Shown here in pieces: positions 1 to 45,268 of a stretch of 64,000 bases of DNA. The notes beneath the pieces were generated by a model, which was given only the letters and a program-made list of their open reading frames with translations, was not told where the DNA came from and ran no database searches. The DNA is taken from NCBI GenBank assembly GCA_051362555.1, contig CM120641.1, positions 44,212,401 through 44,276,400 of the forward strand, read 5' to 3'. The position numbers and the translations under genes were made by a program. Within the stretch, counting starts at the first letter, position 1; the number at the start of each line of letters is the position of its first letter. This stretch comes from Lingula anatina. Its lineage: Eukaryota > Animalia > Brachiopoda.

Positions 1-116
1 CTACAACTCTCGCTCACGTTTGACCGACCCCTTCGCCTTGATCTGAATGTCCACCATGTTGTGTTTCAATTAATACATCATTAACACATATGTACTCTTA
101 TTTCCCACGCATGTAG

Positions 117-29683
<29,567 letters not shown>

Positions 29684-30246
29684 TGTTATAACAAGATGAA
29701 TTACTAAAACTATAAAGATGTTCTCATAAATCTCTCAAACGGGAGCGACTTGATTTGCAGGCGACAGTAGAGATCACAACAAAAATGTCAAGTAGGGAAT
29801 CCAGAATGATTAGGTTTTTTAATTCGTCCCCAAGCATTAGCAACTATTCCAGTGTGTATTAAGGTCTCTTGCGTGATACTTGTCGTGTAAAAAAAAAAAA
29901 CGAACGTCTAATCTCAAAGAGAAAAGTTGATAGTGGTAGCAGTGAGGGTCACGACCCAGGTCAACAAAGGTCAAGGTTATCCACACATTTTCTTGTAAAA
30001 AGAAGCTGTACATAATTTGTTAGCCCCCAAACACAGACCATAATCTTGGTTTTATTGATAATAATAAGAGCTAGACAGAGTTCTCTGCTACAAACATAAC
30101 CTTTAACTCAAAATGATAATGCATATACAAGTTTTCAAATCAATAGTATATACCAGTAGCTCAGAAGGGCCAAATGATTATAAGCCATTAGGTTTTGGCC
30201 ATTTGTAATTTCCGTGCAGTTTAAAGGCAAAACTTGTGCTTAAGAG

Positions 30247-30252
30247 AATAAA
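30247..30252 (+). terminator. Candidate polyadenylation signal of the collagen gene
   Basis: AATAAA about 560 nt after the stop codon. No transcript evidence. Confidence 0.4.
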
Positions 30253-31255
30253 AGCATTCGTTTCCAATATAAGATAAGTATATTTATGAGTGGTTCAAAA
30301 CCAAGTTGAACGAATGTTATTTACATCTATAACTTTGTCAAAGTATCTGTAATCAAACAAAATTTTATTATAAACAATATGTGCTACGCATATAATGTGG
30401 GCCACAAATGTACTCTGTTAAGATGTGAAATAATTTTTTCACTTTATAACTCTACGATCACTCCCGGCTATGTTAATATACTGTACTATCCATTGTATGG
30501 CTCGCGCTTCACAGGCGAAACTCTCACATGTGCGCGCGCATAAGATCATATAAGCAGATGCGAAAAAACATGAAAGTTGTTTGATGCGATTGGTGCGCAT
30601 TCTGCTGAAAATTTCGCCCCACTATTCTACGATAACCGTGAAATTTTTGGGTTATTTTGCTACCCGAAATGCGCTACGTATCACTGCCAATTTTAATGTA
30701 TTTTTACGTGTCGTTGTAATATTTACCCAGCTATTAATGCCATTAGGTGTATTGTTACAAATATATATTTAAGATAGTTATATTTAGTTAGAAAATTTTG
30801 TCTTTTATTAGTGCTATGCGATACTCGTAATGTGTTCATTTTTTTGCATTTTCATGTTACCGATTCTGTGATATTACGAGGAGAATAATAAATTGCTTTA
30901 AACCGATAGATTTGTTTGATTCAATGATTGCCAAGTGAGAGAAAAAATATTGCTTGTTGATAAAAATAATACCACTGGCAGGTGTGGGAGGGGGTAGCAG
31001 TGGACCACGCCCCCTTCGCCCCTTCACCATCAAGTACAAAGACAACAAGCAAAATGGGAACAAAACCAATCATATTGATATATTATATTAAAATTGCCAA
31101 AGTAGAATTTTCATCTTGTGGCACCTCCATAGCAAATATGGGCCTAGGTCATTTTCGGCAGATAAATAGACAAATGAACTAAGGTAATAGACATAATATA
31201 GAATTGCCTACCAGACTAATCTGTCAATCAGATTCCTGAAGACATGCTCTGTATC

Positions 31256-31439
31256 CAGTGGCAGATTTAGAGGGAGATCAAGGGGGGTTCTGCCCCCCCC
31301 CCCCCTTCGATTTCTGGTCACCTCTTGAAATTAGAATTTTAACTAGTTGATTCATATTTCTAAACCGTACCAAATGGCACCATTCGCCCTCTAAAATACT
31401 AACATTTTTCGGGGCCCTTTAGCGAACCCCATGCCAAGT

Positions 31440-31470
<31 letters not shown>

Positions 31471-31537
31471 GGGGGGGGGGGAGCGTCGGCTTCGCATCCG
31501 CGGACCCCTCCTTCAAATAATACTGAATCTGTCCCTG
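31256..31537. mobile_element. Degenerate MITE remnant with G/C homopolymer tracts
   Basis: Imperfect ends CAGTGGCAGATT / AATCTGTCCCTG with internal poly-C and poly-G runs. No clear TSD. Confidence 0.35.
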
Positions 31538-33146
31538 TTATATGTGTAGATGATGGTGCCTTGGAGAATTTTTCTTCTAGTTTCTGCTCTAGTTGGCAAT
31601 TCAGTCCAAAGTGGGTGTTTAAACAAATAGACTTGAATTATTACATTATGTTCTCCAAAACATTATACTACCCTGTACTGCCCGGTACTAATGTGAGTGA
31701 AAGCCCATTGTGATTTTTACGTAACTTTGCTTGCAAAAGAAATATTCCTATATTTTTCCCTATATTCTGATTTTCCTGTTCAAACGACTCTCATTTCATT
31801 TTGTCTTTTTGGTCTAACGTTTTCTGACTGATTTTTTCACACGAATTGCAATTTATGAATCATGCACATAAATGTATACTAGGGCGTCTTACCTTCCCTC
31901 ATAATTCGAACATGACACCCAAGGCGTAGTAATCTGCTCTCCACCAGGCGGCGCTGGGGTCATGTTCTTGTAGAGGGTGTAGTTCATTAACTGAACACCA
32001 TGGATACTCTCCCCGGCCGAATTTAAAAGGGTGGACGGATCCCAGATCACACTGAGAGCAAAAAAAATCTTCAGACTGAATAAAAAAAAGGAATATTAAC
32101 CCTACTCTTAGCAAAAAGTGTTGAACATATCCAAAGTTTTCAGTAATCAATTTTTAAGACAGCAAACTAATATATATTAGTAGTCTTGATTACCCTATTT
32201 CCCAAATAAGAATAATAAGAAAAATAAATATTAATTTCACAGTTATTTCAGCTACGCAAAATATAACCTAGGCGAAGAGCAAGTTAGCATCTGAAAACCT
32301 GATCTGACTTCACGGACCTCAGAGCGTTTTAATGAGTTCAGAAAAAAAATCTGGATTTGCTACAATTGGGAAATTGAGTCACAACAAAGTGAAAATCTTA
32401 CCAGTTTGGGGATCCCGTGCAAACTGATCAATACGTTGTTACTTTTGATATCAAAGTGAGCTGAATTAATGGTCAATTGCCATACAGACGCACGTGGCAA
32501 TATACTTTTTCATGTTAAGGGGAACTGAGTTTTTGCCTTAAAAGGAGATATCAATCCTGGGAATTATGAATGCGCTGCAAAAAAAAGGTTGGCTTATTTT
32601 TGGTTATATGAATGAAAGGAAATTCTTAAAATGCTAAAAGCGACACATGATTTTACTAGTTGCCTGGATGAGAGCCATACGTTCAATTTGAAGAAACGTT
32701 GACATCGTCTATTTTCAAAATTTGGGGTTTAGCGGGGCTAAAGTAAGAATTTATGAAAAATGAAAAGTTACCCATGTTCAAAGCTTTTTTACAAAAAATG
32801 TGTAAATTAAGGATTGGTAAACCGTGAAAATATAGCGTTCTACATCATATTTCAGGTCTCTATCTCACTCTCTCTGCGTATGTAGGTCTTTTTACAAAGA
32901 TGCAAATTATTGTGGCGAGAGAGAGAGGTTAAAATCCACATTTTTTTGAAAAAAAAATGCTAGTTTTGGGATGAGCGGTCAATGCTACCAATTACAGTAG
33001 GCCTATGTAGTTCTGCATCAACATATTAACGTCATCTAATAACACATGTAAAGTATGCAGTTACAAGAATTAACTGATTATTAAATGTTTCTTTTTAATT
33101 TGAAATAACAAAATGAATGGAGAAATGCCAAGTAAACCCACTAGAA

Positions 33147-33152
33147 TTTATT
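33147..33152 (-). terminator. Candidate polyadenylation signal of CPS
   Basis: AATAAA on the - strand about 1.55 kb past the stop, followed by T-rich sequence. Not verified. Confidence 0.3.
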
Positions 33153-34707
33153 AGCAAATATAACCTTTTCCATGGTGTCAGGACACATTTACACTGAAAG
33201 TTTACACCTTCAACTTCAACCAAATGTAATTTATGCTAAATGGATAAAATTGCAATATTTTAAGAAAAAATATTACCCATAACTCTGCAAAAAATTGTTA
33301 TCTATGATGACTTTAAAATAGTCAAATGCCCCATTTCTGTGAGATCCACCAGTGCTTGCATTATGCAGAGTCTAAGATATACAAAACATTGTATATACTT
33401 CATGTACTAGATCATATTTTTTGAGATTCATCTTTACTGCAGATCTAATTATTACACAATAAATTGAATAGCAAGCATACAACATCAGCGTTATACTATG
33501 TTAGTGCAAGAACCCCTGTACATGCATTATATGTTGTACCCGTTAGAGTAAGCAATAATCAAACCATGTCTTGGCCAAAAGACTACAAGGTGAAAAACTG
33601 GAGAAAATATGCTCACTTAGTCCACTATCTATCTATCTATATATAACATTTCACACTATTTTTTCTTCAAAATGATATCTGAATTTGACATCGATCTTAC
33701 ACATTAATCCATCATTCTTACATTGCACAATCTTTTCTTTAAATGATATGGACAAGAAAATTCTGGAAATTCAAAGCACAAAATTTGATTCGATTTGCTG
33801 CCATCAAAATGAATATCAAATACCTTTCAATTTCTGCATTAAATACATTCAAAATAGCTGGCAAATATGAATTTTATCATGATTTTTACTTTTAATAGTT
33901 TAAAACATAATGAAACCACATGTTTCAATACATTGCAAATGTAAAAAAACAATACTGAAAACATTTGAGCTGCCTATTACATCAGAAAGAAAACTGAGAT
34001 TGAACATCTCAGAAATAAAGGTTATAATATCATTATACATTCCTAAAATGGAGAGCAAATATAAAAAGTCTGACAAAAAAAATTCATGTTTTTGCTTAAG
34101 GGAATAATTTGGCAACAAAGATTTTTCCTTTGAAAATATTAACTTTGGAATTCATTTGTGCAATGAGAAGGATGAGATTCAAAGTTGCAAGTAATCCTAA
34201 ATATCTTTTTGATTTTTTCTGCATGTTCTTTTCTGAAATGATTTTTCAGTTATCTGCATTATAGAAATTCCTCTAAGACATCACATACAGGATTTCAAGA
34301 TAAAAAATTTAACATTTTTTTGGGAGTCAACAAAGATTATCTAGTTCTAACCAACCATACCTCATTCCACAAATTCTCTATAAAAGAAAAAAACTTAAAG
34401 GGCATTAATACTGTAACTTACATGCATGAGTACAGCTAATCATGAGGACAACATGGCACATGTAGATTAGCCACCCTCCACAAGATGAAATATCCGACGA
34501 TCAGCTTTCTTCAAGTTATTGTGCACTTTAAAATCAGTTCTCATGACTTGAGGCAGCAGACAGATCAATGTCAACCATTAAATGTTTATATAAAAAAGCA
34601 ATGTCCTTTAAATTGCTTATAAGAATGTAATAGATAATTTTCAGTAATAACAAGGCATAGAACCCCTGTGTGTGGTCCCTGTAACAATGGAGACAACTGT
34701 CCAAAAT

Positions 34708-34985
34708 TTATGCAGATCTGGCAGATTTCTTTCTTGGTTTCAGGTAATGGAACAAACTGGTGGCTTCCACATTGCCTGTGTGGTCAAATGCTTCAGCTAA
34801 TAAGCGAACAATCTGAAATGAAAAAAAAAGTATGAGAAGTGAGGAAAATTTCTCAGCATGTTTTGGGTTGGTGAGAGAGAAAAGAAAACAAAATTCAGTA
34901 TCGTAACATATTTCACCATCTATCTACACCCAGCATTTTTAATTCAGCAAATCAATCTTTAAATTTCAAAGTGTGTGTGTACATG

Positions 34986-35030
<45 letters not shown>

Positions 35031-38000
35031 AGGGGGCTTACCTCAAAATTAGTAAGCAGAGGTACCCCAAAATCAATTGCACTGCGGCGAATTAAGTAGT
35101 TGTCCTTGACGTATTTAGTGTTGTGGTTTGGAAGATTAATAACCAGGTCAACTTTACGATCCTGTATCAGCCTGGAAAATAATAAATAAAGAAAAAATAA
35201 ATAAGTAGAAAAATCTGTCTTTGTGTGCACTTAACCTAAAATCAAACCAAGAAACAATTCTGCATTCAGCTAAAATAGTTTCATGAACTCACATAATAGA
35301 CTTTATTGTACCCAAATACACCACAGTTATGCCTATGGTGACAAGAATCAGTTGATATAAATAAAGGTAAATATACCAAAGAGTTATAAATAAGTTTATT
35401 AAAGAATAAATACAAAAGTCATACATATAAACGTCAATTTTTAAAGCAAATGGCAGATTTTTTATCGTCAGATATTAGATTTTCAAATACGTACTCAGTT
35501 ATTCACAATCAAATACAGCAGATAGGTTATTATCTGTATGATGCACAACATGTGCAAAGATACAATTATATCAATAAAAAAAAATGCATACAAATAATAT
35601 TAAAATGATATACAAGTTATAACAAATATACGAAAAAAAGAACCTAAAATACAGAACCTCATAAAATGATGACTTACGTGGTGGCATGGGGTAAACTCTG
35701 GTCCTTGTTTTCAGACAAAGTCCATCCTACAGCCTGGGCAGGGATGTGATGAGTGTTCAGGTACGCTGCTGTGCCTTCAGTGGCGCACAACTAAAATAAA
35801 AAATAAACATTGTTTATCTTGAGCCAAGCTGGACTAAATTTTTAACTGAAAATCTGAAAAATTTAGACAAACTTTTGTGACAGTGGGGTTCAGATCTAAT
35901 TGAGCCAACTTCCTTACTGTCAAATATCCATGACAAAGATGGAGCATGCATTAACAATCATATGTGGAAACCTGAAAATGAAGAAGCTGGACAGCATCAG
36001 ATCCGTAACTTGTGCCACTTAGGTTCATGTAAACAATTAAAACATTTTTCTTTTTTCTTTTTTTTTTTTTTTTTGTATATCTTACTAACCACCCTCCTTA
36101 CCTGGTAGCCTAAATCAGACAGTTTCTTGGCTGTGGGTAGAAACTTGGGCTGGAAGGACTGCTGGATACCAATTAACACACTGCCATTCTTCTTGGGTAT
36201 TCTGAACCCAGCGGACATCAGAGCCTTCAGGAATGCAGTATACACATCCGGTCCAAAACATGCCACCTTTTAAAACATGTTCAAGACATGATTATGTACG
36301 TTTTTTCAAATATATATATTTTTTGGACTTTCAATTTCTATCAACAGATATAATTGCAACAACTATATGAGCAAACTGCCTCCTCCTCATATGGACTTCA
36401 ATTATGCTGAAGCTTGGGGCCAATTTCACAAAAGAACTTCAGTTTAGGATAAAATTGCAGTAGTCCTCTAAAACAGGTCTACATCAACTAAATTTCACTT
36501 AACATGGACTACTATTCATTTTACACAAACTATCAGCTTAGGGTGGAGACGTACTACCCAGTGAATGATGCACTAGTATAACTGGAGTGCATGGTGGAGA
36601 CAGTACTAATTGTTGTTTAAAATTATTTCCTAACTATCTTTATACATATTGTTTCTGGCCAGTTTATTTTGACTGGACTTAAAGTTTTCTTAGGCTCACT
36701 GGCCAGAATGAGTGAAAAGTACAAGGGGTGGGTGGGGTGGGGGGTGGGGGAATCAGATCAGACCCATCATCCTCACCTCTCCCGTGGATGCCATTTCACA
36801 TCTCAGCAATGGGTCTGCGTCTCTCAGTCGGGGCCAGGAAAACATGGGAGCCTGGAAATATTTCCAGAAATGAGTATATTTATCTCAGCTGAGTTCCTCA
36901 TGACACTTGAATTGTTGTTTTTTTCCACATTAGACCCAAACACACGACAATGGCTGGAATAGGCAATTATGATAATAATAAACTATTTAAAGTAAACAAC
37001 AAAAGAACAATTCATAAAAGTGATAACACTGAAGCACTTATATTCTGTGATAAGAAAGCCAAAAGTGAAATATATATGAATGCTCATCTTTAAAATTCAT
37101 GTCATTATAAGTTATAAGCCTTAATATACAGCCGCATCAATAACTAAAGATAAATGCCTCAACTATTCTCTCATAGGTTTTTGTACACACACTGTTAAGA
37201 CCTTTTCAAATCCCCTGACCTTTCTCTCATGGCATGCACACACACATACATCCCAACAAAGTAAATACCTTTATTCCCACGTATCCCACAGGATTATGAG
37301 GAGTTTCCAGGGTCGGCATGTCCTCAATGTCAATGTGTTCATGCAGCATAACCTTCGTTGCCACGGAGATCAGGTCTGTGCCAATGGTTTTAGAGATGAA
37401 TGGGAAAGAGCGCGAGGCTCTCAGATTGCATTCAATGACCTGAAAAGCAGTAATTGGTAAAATCAGGGAAATCAGTGCCCACAGAAAAGCAGTGCTTTCT
37501 TAAATACATGCAAAATTTGGTGGGTTTCAAAAACAATTGCAAAGTATTTGTCTCCAGATTTTTTTGAAGTGCAAAAAGCTTTCATTTCTTAAAAAGTCAC
37601 ACTACACTAGCATCTTAGAGTTCCATATTAATATAAAACCATCCAGACATCAAGAACCATTCTCAACATTTCACATCAATTAAAAAAAGTTCATTTATGA
37701 AGTAAAAAAATATATATATAAATTAGAATGTTCTCAGAAAAAAAATTTCAATACCATACAGGTTGTTTAAAGTTCAGGAGCCAAGTTTCCACCTAGCAGT
37801 GCTTTAATCTTAAAAAGGTTCTGTGACCATAACTTATCAGTACACACCTGTTGTACACCAAATGACTAATTTTCTAACTGAAAACAAATCCTCAAATGTG
37901 ATCAGAAATATGGTCGTGAGAAATTCTTACCATGACCTGGTCATCCTTGGCTAAAAACTGGATGTTACAGGGTCCCGAGATGTTAAACTCCTTAGCTATC

Positions 38001-38543
38001 TTCCTGGTGGCATCCTTGATCTAAACAAAAACCATCAACAAGTTTAAAACAAGGAAGATGTACATTAATTATTTAAAAGATAAACCTCAAACGTTTTAGT
38101 GTTGGTATGGTGCCAAGTGGTATTGTGCAGTACTGTGTGGTATGGTGTATTAACGTTCCTTGTGTTTCAAAAGAAAATGAACAAAATACTGTTTTATTTC
38201 TATAAAATTAACATTTACATTACATATCGTCATCAATAAAACTTATCATACACAACTGTATACAATACAACATAAAGATACAATAACTGAAAACAACAGT
38301 TGATAAGCCCAAACAGCACACTGACAGTGTGCATAGTTTAACACAAACAAAAACTAAAAATACTTAAATATTCAATTCACAAGTATACAATGGAAAGTAT
38401 ACATATATATACAAAGTATAATATCTCACCAAGTCCAGGCAGTGTTGGCTGATGGTCTGTGATGGCAGGATGAGGGTGGCATCTCCACTGTGAACACCAG
38501 CATTCTCCACATGTTCTGAGATAGCATGGGCAACAACCTATTG

Positions 38544-38598
<55 letters not shown>

Positions 38599-40986
38599 TG
38601 ATGATGATGATGACCAGAAGGAATAGTCAACAGAATAGTATCATGTAGCCATGAAGGAAGTGAATAATTATGGTTTGTGATACCAAAATTAACCTTATAA
38701 ACAATCCCTCTGAATCAAAGAAAATAATAATAAAATAAATAAAAATAAATTAAAAACTGCTCATGTATCAGTAGGTGTGTTTTTTAATTAAATATTTGAC
38801 CAATCAGATATTATTATACAATATGTATATATAACATATACCATGCAAGCCATGACAATATTCAAGTTACTCATCTGGACTGATATGAAGTGTTCTAAAT
38901 TGCATTGGTCAAAAGAAATGATACTGCCTTCAATTTTTAAAATCATATCTAAATGACAAAAGACTCACCACTCCATTTCTGGCAACGGCATCCATCTCGA
39001 TCTCCCGAGCTCCATCAACAAACTTCGTTATGACCACCGGGTGTTCCTGTGAGACCTCAGACGCTTGCTCCAAGAACTTCTTGAGTTCTACTGGTCCATA
39101 GGCAACATTCATGGCAGAGCCACTGAGAACGAAGGATGGTCGAAGCAGACATGGGTAGCCAACACTTGCAGCAAAGTCCAGAGCTTCATCCTAAACAGAT
39201 AAAAAAATGAGAATGAAAAAAGTTCTAAGCATGAAATGAAACTACAGCAGTAACATGTTAAAATTTTAGAAACACACACTGGAAACAATGCCAAAAAGTA
39301 ATATCTTTAAAAATTTTACCAGCGAAGTGAGTGCCTTCCAAGGAGCCTGTCCTACACCTATCTTGTCCAAAATGGCTGAAAACACAGATCTCTCCTCAGC
39401 AGCATCAATCATAGTGGGGTTAGTGCCAAAAATGTTCACACCATTCTTATACAGAGGCAGGGCCAAGTTATTTGGAATCTGGCCTCCAACTGAGACAACT
39501 ATTCCCTTGGAAACCTGTTTAAAAAACAGTGGGATTAGTAATCTACAAATAAATTCATTTTTACTTATAAAGGTGTCTATCACGTTTCTTTTAATAACAT
39601 ATGCTAAATGATTTATCAAGATAAATAAGAGATATTCAATATTCAAAAAAGAGGAAAACTGTTCCTCAGCACTTTTCTACGAAACTTGGATTTGTTAGTA
39701 AAAAGTGAACTCATTGGCTTCAATATAATTGCATCATTAAAGATATTTTCCGTAAAAAACAAATGAATAAATAATTATAATAATAATTTCAAACAAAAAG
39801 ATGGTCAATTACATTAAATAAATTTGATGTCAAATTGAGTAATCACCTCTTGTTGGTATATATCCAGCACTCTCTCCAAAGAAAGCTCCTCAAAGTAGAG
39901 GCGGTCACATTCATCAAAATCAGTACTGACAGTCTCTGGGTTGTGGTTGATAACAATCTGAAGAGACAAAATAACCAAATTTGTAACAAAATATAAAGCT
40001 TTAAAAGGGCAAATCTAATCATTGAGTAAGATAAAAGTTGTAAACAGATGTTTACTTTTGTTGAGCTTCAGATCTGCTAAAGGACAACCTATTGCACAAT
40101 ATTACCAGTTTATCATGTCATAATCATTTTATTTTTTAAAGACGTTTTTAGGCATCTCAACCAACATATAATTATTTTTATTGAATATGTCTTAATAAAC
40201 ACAAAGATAAAAAATTATCGGAAAGATAAAAAATCTTATCCAGAAAAATGGTTGAACTATGAACTTTACAATTCACCACAACTAATTAAATTGATCATAT
40301 TTTTGTGCAACTGTGCCAATTTTCAAGCTAGTAAATGATAGAGAAGACCACATTAGTCTTCATGGAGCAATTACCGTCTTCTTCCCCATGTCTCTGAGTG
40401 ATCTGATACAAGAGACTGCACACCAGTCAAACTCCACACTGCTGCCGATGTGATAGGGTCCACAGCCCAGCACTGTTATTCCGTTATCATTGAAGGTAAG
40501 ATCATGCTCCTACAACATGAATACATTTACAATGTATCTATTCTTTCATTCCATCAAAATGAAATGATCACTTAAAAGGCTTTAAGAAAAAAGCAGTATA
40601 TATAGTTACATGTACCCCTTAAGGGTTTAGCTAGCAAGCTGTCCAGACATCATTTCAAGAGCCTGTTCTTACAGGGACTACATTCTGTCAAGCTCAATCA
40701 GGACATTTTCATAATTCAAGTTTAAAGATTACTCACCATGCCATTGTAGGACACATAAAGATAGTTGGTGCGGGCAGGATACTCGGCTGCCATTGTGTCA
40801 ATCTGCAAAACGGAGTCTGACGCTTTATTTTAGACACATTTTAAATATCTGTATATGCTTTAGACATTGACTTTTACTATTTACACTCTTAATACTGTCA
40901 GGGCTTCATTCTTTTTGCAGTTTACCAATCTAAATGTAACTTTTAATATATACAGTTTGATTGTAATGTGTAATAATGAAACATGG

Positions 40987-41041
<55 letters not shown>

Positions 41042-44000
41042 TACTGACCTGCTTCACCCATGGTCTGATGTTTTTACTAAGTCTCATATCTCTGGCCTCT
41101 GATTCAGTGATCCCGAGTGCCTGCCCAATTTGGCGGTCAGCAAACCCATCCTGTTTGGCCTGTGCTAGGAGGTGGGTGGGGACAGTCAGAGCTCTGTGGG
41201 AGGAGAGTAAAGAGAGGGATGCAATTAACAAAGAATATGCCTGGATAAATTTATGAAGGTGTTAAGATTTTCAGGTGAGACAATATATGTTTATACAATT
41301 TTAAACACATATATTTCTGGGATAGTTACAATGTATGTCAATTGTTGATTATAGTAGCACTTCTGTATGAGTTGGTAAAATCATAAGCATAGTGATAATC
41401 TATTGGCACAGAAACTTAAGAAATAAATTACTTCTTGAGATGTTTACCATTTAGGTATCCTAGGATCAATACAAACAATTTTTGTAGCTTCATTCAACTT
41501 ATTAATCTTAATTGGAGTTACTTTCAGTTTTAGGATATCTAAGACATAAAAATCTATAGCCACTGACATCAAATATGATGTGTTTATGTTTTAAAGCAAT
41601 TTTAATACAAATTTTTACTACAGATCTTGTGTGAAACCCCTCCGTCTTCTAAATAAACCCACTAGTTTTTTTTTCTCACTTATTTTGTCCGTGTGGACTA
41701 TCTTACCCCTTGTAGGACTTCAAAGTGTTTTCCATGTGGACTATCTTGTCCAGTTTGTACAGGAACCACTTGTCAATAGCAGTCAGTTTATGAATATCAT
41801 CCACGGTGTAACCCTCATGGAAAGCCTGGCATTAATATAAAAAAAAATCATCAATTTTGACGTAACTTTTTTTACCTGTTATTAAAGTGAAGACCCAGAT
41901 AAATCAATGACAACCTGTGCAAAAGCAGATTCTTCAACATACGCCATGGGATTAAATAAGTGCAAAACATAAATTTCTCATTTCTGTCTTATTATTAAAC
42001 AGGCACAGCATTTCAAAGTTTATTATTATTGAGTTATTTCTACTGAGTAATCTTGGGTCTAAGTAAACTTAAATTTTTATAATTAATTTAGAGTTCTTTT
42101 AAAGTTCTTTCATGAAACTGGTACTGGTTCTTAACATATGGCATTAATTGCTAACATGTTTTGCAAAAACAGACCCAGAGCATGTAACTATATATATACC
42201 TTAGTAATGCAGTGTATCCGAGAATTATGAGGAACTTTCAGCAGGGCTTCCAAGTCCATATCAGGGGCGTAGCTCTTTCCCGCAGGAAGTGCCGGTGTCA
42301 AGCCAGGTACAGTGGGGTGAGTCATCCTCAGTGCTTTCTGAAGACTCTCCTCAAATGTACGTCCAATTGCCATCACCTACATGAGATTATAATTGAAATA
42401 TTTGAATACATTATATTATATGAATATTTGAGATTTTCTTAGACATTAAAAATTAAGTCGTACTGATTCAAATCTATTTAAGTGAAATCTGAACATATAA
42501 TACACATATATTGCAAAGAAATGCATGATAAAATAAAACATAAATAAACTAAATAATTATTTGCATGTGTTTGGAATCAAGAAAGTACCACACACCTCTC
42601 CAACACTTTTCATGGAGCTTCCAATTTCTTTGGATGTCTGGTGGAATCTATCCAGATCCCAGCGTGGAATCTTGGTGACAATGTAGTCCAAACTGGGCTC
42701 AAAGCAGGCCGTCGTCTGCTCGGTGGTGGCATTTTGAATGCTGGGAAGGTCTATCCCCAATGCCAACTTTGCCGCAATGAATGCCAGAGGATAGCTGAAT
42801 ATAACATTTGTCAATCAAAATAAAATAATAGGACTTAAAAACTCTTGGTTCTATCAAAAGTACATTTACTGAACAGGGAAGAAAACTTCATATTAAACGT
42901 AAGTAAATCAATCTGAAAATTTGCCAAGGAAAAGCTGAATGCAAAATTCATTTGACTTACTTCTTCCCAATATCACTTGTCCTATTTACAGCCTTCAGCA
43001 CAACTTCATACTAAAGATCTTATGACGTTTCTTTCTAATCTATTGATAAACATTGTAAACAGCTAACTTTTTTTACAGATTTTATCTACTCACCCTGTGG
43101 CTTTAGAGGCCAGAGCAGAACTACGGGACAGTCTAGCATTAATCTCAATGATACAGTACTCCAGAGACTCAGGGTGCAGGGCATACTGGATGTTACACTC
43201 CCCAACAATGCCAAAATGTTTCACCACCTGGAAACAGAGGTAGTAATCACTGGTTTAAAATGTGGAAACAGATTGCTTAATTATTATAAAAAGTAACAAG
43301 AAATTCATTATTTTCAAGATGCTGTCCTGGTCATTTTCTGGGGTCATGTTTGCACAGAGACAAAAGTCCACTTTTCATTCTGATAAATAATAATATTAAT
43401 AACTATAGTATTCCCTTAAAAAAAACAGCATAATAATTGCACTTCAGGACTGTTTCAGTTCTAAATTGAATAAGTGAAAAAATGAATTCAAAGGCACTTA
43501 AAAGTACTTTAAAATGTAAAAAAAAAATCATGTAAATTGGTTATAAACAGAGATATTGGTGGAATAAAATGTTTCCAAATTCTTTTCCAGACCTTAATGG
43601 CGGTCTCTCTCAGCATGTGGTACTCGTAATTTGACAGAGTCTGACTGGGAGCAACAACTATGGAGTCGCCTGTAATACATTACATATTTGAAAAGTTAAA
43701 AGAGAGACCATGAACTAATCTTCACAAATAATATAAACAAAACATTTTTAAACATTTAAAAATGGCTAAGTAACCTGACAAAAATGACCTGGTGAACAGG
43801 AATGAACAGTATTTAGTTTCAGTCATTGATGTAAGTTTAAACTTAAAAGATCAACATTTTTTTCAATGTTTTGGATAGGGTATGCCTTGGTGATACATAG
43901 AAAAGGTGTAACAACAATCAAAACCTTTAAGTTGTTCACTTTATGTCGGTTTTTATCTTCAGCTGAGCTGTAGATTTTTTGATAAATTGTTGTTACAGTT

Positions 44001-45180
44001 AGAGGATGTATGATAATTTAGCATATATATGTATATATTCATACCTGTATGAACCCCCAATGGATCAAAGTTCTCCATATTGCAGACGGTAATACAGTTG
44101 TCTGCTGAATCCCTGACAACCTCATATTCCACCTCCTTCCAGCCAAGCAGTGACTTTTCCACAAGAATCTGATTAGACAGTGCAAGTGCCTAAAATAGAA
44201 AATGAGATCCCATCTGCAAAACTTTTCAAATTTCACACAAAAAGTTCTGGCGCTACAGCTTAAGAAGGAAAAAATATATAAATATATGTATTTAAGTCTT
44301 ATTTGTGAAGCATGTCCCATACTCAAACATTTCTATTCTAGTTAAAAAAAATTCAGGTCATAAGTCAAACTCTATTGAGAAACCAAAACCCTGACAAAAA
44401 TACTGTGATTTTTTGCTGTCAATTTAAGAATTTATCACAATAATTTAGCGTTCACACTTCACAGAATTGATGTAATTCTTTAATGAACTCAAAATTCCAA
44501 AACAACATATCTTGATAATATGCAAACTTCTTAGGGGGTGGGAGGGGGATTCTTTCTTTAGAAATGTGTCAAATAAACTTGAAACCCTCTGTCACTTACC
44601 CTGGTTGCTATGTCCTTCAGTTTCTCCTTATCTGGTGCCCATCCTGACCCCAGACCTCCCAGGGCATAGGCAGCTCTCACCATAACAGGGTACCCGATCT
44701 CCTCAGCTGCTGCCAAGGCATCAGGCACCTAGAAAACATTATATACATCATACTAAATAAAACATATATTACACAATATACATAGCAGGTGCCTTCACCA
44801 TCAATGGGTACCTAATCTCTTCAGGCCTCAGACAACTAGAAAATATTGTATTATTAATTTTCATGTAACGCCTATATCCTTAAACCTTTAAATAAATGTA
44901 AAAACTAAAAGATTTATTAGTGTTTAAGTTAAGATAAACTTTGTCTCGAGTTCTTTTGTGAGGCCAGCCTGTAAGCTTTAACTTACTGTTTCCACAGCAA
45001 TACTAGGAGCCAGTCTCTCGTTAATGTCCTTCAACATGTCAGCAAACACCTGTCTGTCCTCAGTGGCCTTAATACTGCTGATCTGTGTCCCCAACACCTG
45101 GACTCCATGCTTCTGGAACACTCCTGCATCATGTAGCTGCACACCTGGATGTACAGATATGTCACATTATGGCAGTCTTT

Positions 45181-45268
<88 letters not shown>

